From Candidatus Moraniibacteriota bacterium (GTDB lineage: Bacteria; Patescibacteriota; Minisyncoccia; Moranbacterales; UBA1568), in the NCBI GenBank assembly GCA_013334245.1, contig JAAXXZ010000004.1:127-64126 (forward strand): a stretch of 64,000 nucleotides of DNA, written 5' to 3'. Of the stretch, positions 58,549 through 64,000 are shown one piece after another. The notes beneath the pieces are model-generated. The model was given only the letters and a program-made list of their open reading frames with translations. It did not search any database and had not been told where the DNA came from. Position numbers and translations under genes: made by a program. How positions within the stretch are numbered: the first letter of the stretch is position 1; the number at the start of each line of letters is the position of its first letter.

Positions 58549-59124
58549 ATGGTGGGGTATGTCATTAGTACCGAAATGAAGGAAATCGAGGTCAAAGCAC
58601 GGATACGCGATATCGACACGCTGACCGGAGTGCTTGCCGCCAAGGGGTTCGTATTCGGCGAACCCGCGGTCCAAAACGACGTGATATTCCTGCCGGCCGG
58701 GATCGAGTTCCCGGAAATCACCAAAGGGGTGCCGGTCGTGCGTGTGCGGAACGCGGACGGCGTTTTTACCCTGACACTCAAGATGCGCGTCATCGCCGGG
58801 AAGGAACTCATAAAGCTGGAGAAGGAAGTGAATGTGAGCGACGACAAGACGGCCATCGAGATCGTCTCGCTCATGGGATTTCACGAGGTGATACGAGTCG
58901 GCAAGAAACGGATGGAATGCGAACACGACGGCGTGACCGTCTGTATCGACGATGTGACCGGACTCGGGGCGTTCATCGAGGTCGAGCGATTGTCGGACGC
59001 AGAAAACGGCGAAGCGGTCCAGGAAGACCTGAAAGCCTTCCTCCTGTCGCTTGGCATCGGCACAGACGACATCATCACCAAAGGCTACGACACGCTTTTG
59101 TATGAGAAGAAGAAACCGTGTTAA
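58549..59124 (+). CDS. CYTH-domain protein (CyaB-like), paralogue 2
   Basis: MKEIEVKARI E.E.K motif; intact parent of the 55201-55390 fragment; a short 15-codon uORF in another frame starts at 58533. Confidence 0.65.
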   Translation: MVGYVISTEMKEIEVKARIRDIDTLTGVLAAKGFVFGEPAVQNDVIFLPAGIEFPEITKGVPVVRVRNADGVFTLTLKMRVIAGKELIKLEKEVNVSDDKTAIEIVSLMGFHEVIRVGKKRMECEHDGVTVCIDDVTGLGAFIEVERLSDAENGEAVQEDLKAFLLSLGIGTDDIITKGYDTLLYEKKKPC

Positions 59125-59179
59125 AACGCGATTGGAAGAGTATGAATGAATATAATCCATAATACAGTTTCATGAGTCT

Positions 59180-60946
59180 ATGCGATATATAAAGTTTCTG
59201 ATTCGTAATTATAAAGGAATAAAGTCATTAGAGTTGGATTTAGATTTATTCCCCGATCATAAAATCTATACACTAGTTGGTCTAAATGAATCGGGGAAAA
59301 CAACCATACTTGAAGCAATAAATGATTTTGAATTTGATGTCTCAGTTAATAAGCGGCATCTGTTAATACCGAAGAGTTCGGCGGGAGGTTTTACTGGAGA
59401 TATCGCAATAAAAGCAACGCTTCAATTTTCTGAAGATGATAAAGGGAGAATAATTGCCTTCATTCGGTCGAGGATTAAGGTAAGTGAAGTGTTTGTCTCT
59501 GAAACTTTAATCATAGAACGAAAATATAGTTTTAAAAACTCTACGCCGTATGAGTCTAAAAGAACATACGAAAAATATGTAAAAATAAAAAAGACTGCAA
59601 AAGGAAAGCCAGTTGATTTGGATGAAAGTATATCCAAAGAACTGTGGAGTTTTATTAAGGAAACGATGTTTCCTGAGATAATCTTTTATCGTGATTTCCT
59701 TTCTAAATTTCCGGAGAAGATTTACTTAGATGCAGAAGATCCTAAAGATAAGAACTATCTATCAATTATTGAAGATATTCTTACTGCTATAAATCCTGAT
59801 TATAACGTTCAAAATAGTCTCTTAGACAGACTGGACGATTCAACTGATGCTGCAAAAAAACAAGCGCTTGAAGCAGTCGAGAATGACATGGGCGCGAAGA
59901 TTTCTAAAGTAGTGTTTGACGCATGGAACAAGATACTAAACGTAAGTAAGAAAGAAATTGTTGTTAAGGCAGAATATGATGCCGAGAAGGGAAGATATTA
60001 TCTTCGATTGAGCGTAAAAGATGGTCATCAAACTTACGCCGTTGCTGAGCGGAGTCTAGGATTTCGATGGTTTTTCACTTTTCTTTTATACACAGAATTT
60101 CGAAAGGAAAGGATAAAAACTTCAGGAGAAATCTTGTTTATTTTGGATGAGCCAGCATCAAATCTTCATCAGACTGCGCAACAAAGCTTACTTGAAACAT
60201 TTCGTACAATAACAAGCAAATCACGACTAATATATACAACACATAGTCATCATTTGGTGAATCCAGAATGGTTAAGTTCCGCATATATTATTCGAAACAA
60301 AGGTCTTAAGTATAATGAGAGTGATGATTATAATCTAACGAAGACGGAAATTGAAGCATTTAAGTACAAGCAATTTGTTTCAAAATACCCGACCGAAACC
60401 TCGTATTTTCAGCCGATTTTGGATGTGTTGGATTATAAGCCAGGCTTACTTGAGCTGATTCCCAATATCGTAATAACAGAAGGAAAATTCGACTATTTTA
60501 CCTTTAGATATTTTAAAGAGATAGTTTTCTCGGACTTGACTGATGGCTATAGATTTTATCCTGGAATGGGCGCTTCAAGCTTAGACCTACCTATTTCCTT
60601 ATATGAATCATGGGGTAAAGGATATTTGGTTTTACTTGATTCGGATAAGGAGGGCCGTGATCAAAAGGAGCGTTATATTAAAGATATAAGCGATACTCAG
60701 CATATCTATACTCTTGAGGATTGTTTTTCAGATTTAAAAAATTCAACGACTGAAAAAGTATTTACTGAAACGGAAAAAATTGAAATCTCTAAGGAGTTTA
60801 ACAGTGAGCTTACTGAATATAATAAAAACGCTTTTAATACGGGAATTCAGATTCTGTTAATGCAAAAACGTATTCCTGACTATTTAACTGATGAAACAAA
60901 GAAAAAGATGAGGAAGATTATCGAATTTATCAACGGTAAAATATAA
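59180..60946 (+). CDS. OLD-family nuclease (N-terminal ABC-type ATPase plus C-terminal Toprim)
   Basis: Walker A GLNESGKTT, Walker B ILFILDEPASNLH, H-loop TTHSHH; Toprim Glu (ITEGKFD) and DxD (LLDSDKEG); about 33% GC. Confidence 0.7.
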   Translation: MRYIKFLIRNYKGIKSLELDLDLFPDHKIYTLVGLNESGKTTILEAINDFEFDVSVNKRHLLIPKSSAGGFTGDIAIKATLQFSEDDKGRIIAFIRSRIKVSEVFVSETLIIERKYSFKNSTPYESKRTYEKYVKIKKTAKGKPVDLDESISKELWSFIKETMFPEIIFYRDFLSKFPEKIYLDAEDPKDKNYLSIIEDILTAINPDYNVQNSLLDRLDDSTDAAKKQALEAVENDMGAKISKVVFDAWNKILNVSKKEIVVKAEYDAEKGRYYLRLSVKDGHQTYAVAERSLGFRWFFTFLLYTEFRKERIKTSGEILFILDEPASNLHQTAQQSLLETFRTITSKSRLIYTTHSHHLVNPEWLSSAYIIRNKGLKYNESDDYNLTKTEIEAFKYKQFVSKYPTETSYFQPILDVLDYKPGLLELIPNIVITEGKFDYFTFRYFKEIVFSDLTDGYRFYPGMGASSLDLPISLYESWGKGYLVLLDSDKEGRDQKERYIKDISDTQHIYTLEDCFSDLKNSTTEKVFTETEKIEISKEFNSELTEYNKNAFNTGIQILLMQKRIPDYLTDETKKKMRKIIEFINGKI

Positions 60947-61013
60947 TTTGGACATTCAGATAATGGTCTATATTCAATATTTCGAATAAATTCCCCCTAC
61001 TTGTCGCGTATCC

Positions 61014-61037
61014 GAAAAGGGGTCAAGTACTTTTTTA
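61014..61037 (+). other. 24-nt motif GAAAAGGGGTCAAGTACTTTTTTA (copy B), 68 bp downstream of the OLD gene
   Basis: Matches copy A at 42531-42555 at 22 of 24 positions. Confidence 0.5.
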
Positions 61038-61140
61038 ACGTCTTCTCGACAGACCATCGGAAATATGCCGGATATTAAGATGTGAAAAATGCAGGCGATG
61101 ATTGATAAATATTTCTATAATTAAATTGTAATTAAAAAGT

Positions 61141-61773
61141 ATGTCATATTGCTCGATGTGTGGAACCAAGGCAAATGATGGCGCAATCTTTTGTTCTAAG
61201 TGTGGATCGAATTTGCAAAAGGGCCAACCCTCTGATCTTGAGGTAAAAGAAATTCGGTCAGAAAGTAATATCAGTTTTTTTTCCATATCAAACAAGCGTC
61301 TTGCTCTGTTTTCTGTTATCACGTTCGGCCTATACGAGATATTTTGGTTTTATAAAAATTGGAGTGCAGTAAAAATGGCCGAAGGCAAGAAGATCGCACC
61401 ATTCTGGAGAGCTATATTTGCTGTATTTTTCTGTCACTCACTTTTTAAGAAAGTTCTTGAATCAGCTAAAAGTCATTCATATACCAAATCGTATTCTCCT
61501 GGTTGGCTAGCTGCAGGGTATATTATTATTCTTTTTATTAATAATGCTTTGAGTAAAGCAGAATCTACTGATATAAGTACTCTTTTGTTGTTACTGTTTT
61601 CTTTGATTTCATTTTTGCCTTTGTTGCCAGTCCAAAATGCGATTAACTATAATAATGAACAATTAAAGGGTGCGATGCCGTTGAAACATGGTTTCTCTGG
61701 TGGGGAAGTTACAATTATAGTAGTGGGTATCATTTGGTTTTTTCTGGTACTCGTTGGTACGTTCTCGGCGTGA
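61141..61773 (+). CDS. Zinc-ribbon-anchored membrane protein (DUF4234-like)
   Basis: N-terminal CSMCG...CSKCG ribbon, GLYEIFWFYKNW motif, 4 TM; AT-rich like the OLD gene. Confidence 0.5.
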   Translation: MSYCSMCGTKANDGAIFCSKCGSNLQKGQPSDLEVKEIRSESNISFFSISNKRLALFSVITFGLYEIFWFYKNWSAVKMAEGKKIAPFWRAIFAVFFCHSLFKKVLESAKSHSYTKSYSPGWLAAGYIIILFINNALSKAESTDISTLLLLLFSLISFLPLLPVQNAINYNNEQLKGAMPLKHGFSGGEVTIIVVGIIWFFLVLVGTFSA

Positions 61774-62081
61774 TCGGAAAAGATTAAGGTTCCTTTTTAG
61801 CCTCCCTCTCGCCATACCGCCGGAAACATCTCAGGTGCACGGAAGAGGGGATTCGAATGCAGACGGAAGGGAAGGAATGTGCGATACTATCGATATGACA
61901 CAGGACGAGACATACGAGCGGATACTGGAAGCAGCGAGGAACGATTCCAAAGTCCTCGGTTTTGTGCTGACCGGAGGAGGTTGGAAATTTATCTGACTCA
62001 ATGATGCATAGACGATCGCCGTCACGGATGACAGTATGAGAATCTTGGAGACGTGAATGAATAAAGTGTTTCTGAACCGTT

Positions 62082-62741
62082 ATGAATAACAACGACTATC
62101 GCAACAGGATCGTGGAGTCATACCTGCCGGAATCGTACCGGGTCTGGTTTGAAGAAGAGGCGAAATACCTCGCCGCTCATGTTGCCCGTTCGGCCGTCGT
62201 GCTCGATGTCGGCTCCGGGGACGGCCGTACCATAAATGATCTGCTGCCGGTCACGAAGAATATAACGGGTATCGATCACGACACTGCCGCTATCGAGCGG
62301 GCCAAGGAACGGTTCAAGGATTTCCCATCGGTGCATGTTGAAACTGCGGACGCGACGAAGATTCCGTTTGAAGATGGGCGATTCGATTTTGTCACGTGCA
62401 TGGGGGTGCTCATGAACCTTGGGGAACACAGGACGGAGGCGCTTCGGGAAATGAAACGGGTAGTGAAGGATGGCGGAAAGATCATTTTGGATTCCTTTTC
62501 GGAACGATCGTTAATGGAGCGTCTGAAAGCGTATGAGGCTGCCGGTGTCCCGGTGAAACGAATCGAGGGCGGAGCGGTGTTTTTCGACGAGAGTATCGGT
62601 GATAATATTTCGGAGCAGTTTACCGAAGGAGAATTGAGAAATATTTTTGATCGGGAGGGATTGATCATCGAAGATATGTATGATGGTGGAATCGTATACA
62701 TATTTACCGTTTCGAAGAAAAATACCAGTCTCATACAATAA
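62082..62741 (+). CDS. Class-I SAM-dependent methyltransferase
   Basis: Motif I VLDVGSGDGRT, motif post-I GIDHD, motif II FDFVTCMGVL. Confidence 0.75.
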   Translation: MNNNDYRNRIVESYLPESYRVWFEEEAKYLAAHVARSAVVLDVGSGDGRTINDLLPVTKNITGIDHDTAAIERAKERFKDFPSVHVETADATKIPFEDGRFDFVTCMGVLMNLGEHRTEALREMKRVVKDGGKIILDSFSERSLMERLKAYEAAGVPVKRIEGGAVFFDESIGDNISEQFTEGELRNIFDREGLIIEDMYDGGIVYIFTVSKKNTSLIQ

Positions 62742-62759
62742 TCCGTTAGCCGTAATCGT

Positions 62760-62924
62760 ATGGAAAGGATAAAGGTGGAGCAGCACGGGTTCACGGCGTT
62801 CTCGTGGTGCGCCGGGTGGCTGTTCACACTCGGGTTTTTGCACCTCACTTTTTGGAAGGGGGTGCTGGCGATCGCGCTGTGGCCGTACTTCATCGGCCTC
62901 GCGGTGAGTGCCTTGGCGAAGTAG
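62760..62924 (+). CDS. Possible 54-aa two-TM peptide
   Basis: Short ORF between the methyltransferase and the CDPS-like gene; two hydrophobic helices. Confidence 0.25.
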   Translation: MERIKVEQHGFTAFSWCAGWLFTLGFLHLTFWKGVLAIALWPYFIGLAVSALAK

Positions 62925-62985
62925 CTGGACTTGCATATCTTTTCGGGATGGTCGATGATTGAGTCATCGCATTATTGTTGTACGT

Positions 62986-64000
62986 ATGGAAGGAAACCAG
63001 GCTGGTACATACCACATCATCGGGATGAGTCCCGGAAATAGCTATTTTAAGGATCAGGAGATTTCGTATCTTCTGAAAACGGTTGTTGGGAAGTTCGGGA
63101 AAGTCGGAATACTGATAGCGGATATACCGGCGGTTTCGACCTATGTCGCGCTTGGATATCCGGAGAACCGCGCGCGTCGCGACAAGGCTATTCCCAAGGG
63201 AAATGCTCTAAAAAACCGTGTCCGAAAGGTCATGGAAGAGCTTGGATATTCGGAAGAAATCGTCAGAATCTTCGACTGGGAGCACGAAGTCGAGGGGAAC
63301 GCGGAGTATCGGGAGTCGTATCGGAAAATCAAGGAACTGTATGAAGGGAACGAATCGTTCCATGAATCTGCCGCATCTACGACGCGGGTGGTTCTCGATG
63401 GTTCGCGCAAGAATATTCCAGACATGGAAGCCGCGACGGAGACAGCCGTTCATTATCTTCTTTCCGAGTTGGCGTTTCTGGAGTTTGCCGTTTCGTATCT
63501 CGGAGCGGATCAAATCGTATATGTCTATCATAAGAACTGGAGGGTTTTCGAGGACTATATTTCAGGTACATTTGATAATATCTTCCGGCCATATTTGGAT
63601 TTCCTGCTTTTGGAAAATCCGTATGAGACCTTCAACCCGATATGGGGTCTTGAGGATGAGGAAAACGGATACGAGGATGCTTTGGATCGCGTCGAGAAGA
63701 GCGGAGTATTGCGGGTCGGTTTTTTTGAGTATCCTACGGCTTTGGAACGCGACGAGAATAGCGGGACCTTTTCCGGAATCTTCCATGATGTTATCTCACA
63801 CATCGCGATGAAACACGGGTGGAACCTGAAGTGGGTCGAGGAAACCGGCTACGGGGTGATCCTCGATGGCCTGAATGCGGACCGCTTTGACGTATTCGGC
63901 AGTACGGTCTGGCCGACGGATGAGCGGGATGCCGAGTTTTCGGTTTCGCTCTATGGCAGCCCGGTATATTCCTGGGTCAGAGAAGGATTCGGAAAGGGCG
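62986..64000 (+). CDS. Cyclodipeptide synthase (AlbC-like) domain fused in frame to an SBP_bac_3-like periplasmic-binding domain (3' end outside window)
   Basis: IIGMSPGNSYF matches the AlbC catalytic-Ser region IGISAGNSYF; YLLSE matches the AlbC Y178/E182 pair; from about 63690 the sequence GVLRVGFFEYP...FDVFGSTVWPTDERDAEFSVSLYGSPVY is PBP-type-2-like; the ORF is not in the supplied track because it runs off the window end. Confidence 0.6.
   Translation, partial: MEGNQAGTYHIIGMSPGNSYFKDQEISYLLKTVVGKFGKVGILIADIPAVSTYVALGYPENRARRDKAIPKGNALKNRVRKVMEELGYSEEIVRIFDWEHEVEGNAEYRESYRKIKELYEGNESFHESAASTTRVVLDGSRKNIPDMEAATETAVHYLLSELAFLEFAVSYLGADQIVYVYHKNWRVFEDYISGTFDNIFRPYLDFLLLENPYETFNPIWGLEDEENGYEDALDRVEKSGVLRVGFFEYPTALERDENSGTFSGIFHDVISHIAMKHGWNLKWVEETGYGVILDGLNADRFDVFGSTVWPTDERDAEFSVSLYGSPVYSWVREGFGKG

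Noticed and set aside
61754-61996. 80-aa ORF after the zinc-ribbon membrane gene
   Set aside because: High-GC frame with no RBS that overlaps the gene end; no supporting features

Overview
This 64 kb window has a high-GC backbone (about 60% GC) with short intergenic regions, probably from a small-genome bacterium; a Patescibacteria/CPR-like or other Gram-positive-like lineage is consistent, but the lineage cannot be determined from this window. Backbone genes include pilB/gspE (partial), gyrB, rplY/ctc, rmuC, a GT2 plus MraY/WecA pair, a small RelA/SpoT, pyruvate kinase, topA, dprA, nth, an ABC exporter, an LPXTG substrate with its sortase, trxA/trxB, a CsoR-like repressor, a patatin-MFS-kinase operon, mscL, an NRAMP transporter, rubrerythrin, a GT1 glycosyltransferase, a PEP-utilising enzyme, peptidase E and two CYTH proteins. 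Six tRNAs (Ala, Ile, two CAT, Asp, Ser) sit at four loci, and each locus carries duplicated tRNA fragments or repeat arrays, which suggests old integration scars. Lower-GC accessory segments are embedded in the backbone. The first is an EgtD-like methyltransferase. The second lies beside tRNA-Ser and ends in a roughly 35% GC gene for a 922-aa SF1-helicase-like protein with a large unknown N-terminal domain. The third is a 1591-aa LamG/FN3/LRR surface protein with three internal repeat modules. The fourth is a terminal island encoding an OLD-family ATPase+Toprim nuclease, a zinc-ribbon membrane protein, a SAM methyltransferase and, at the 3' edge, an ORF in which a cyclodipeptide-synthase (AlbC-like) domain is fused in frame to a periplasmic-binding-protein-like domain. 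The two AT-rich cargo genes (helicase and OLD) are each followed 70-85 bp downstream by the same 24-nt motif. A 5 kb stretch (53.4-58.6 kb) reuses one promoter-like motif (CCGCTTTACAATAG) four times and one 34-bp palindrome twice around a PaaX-like regulator. It also contains an internally deleted duplicate of the CYTH gene. All calls rest on reading the sequence and the ORF track; no searches were run.
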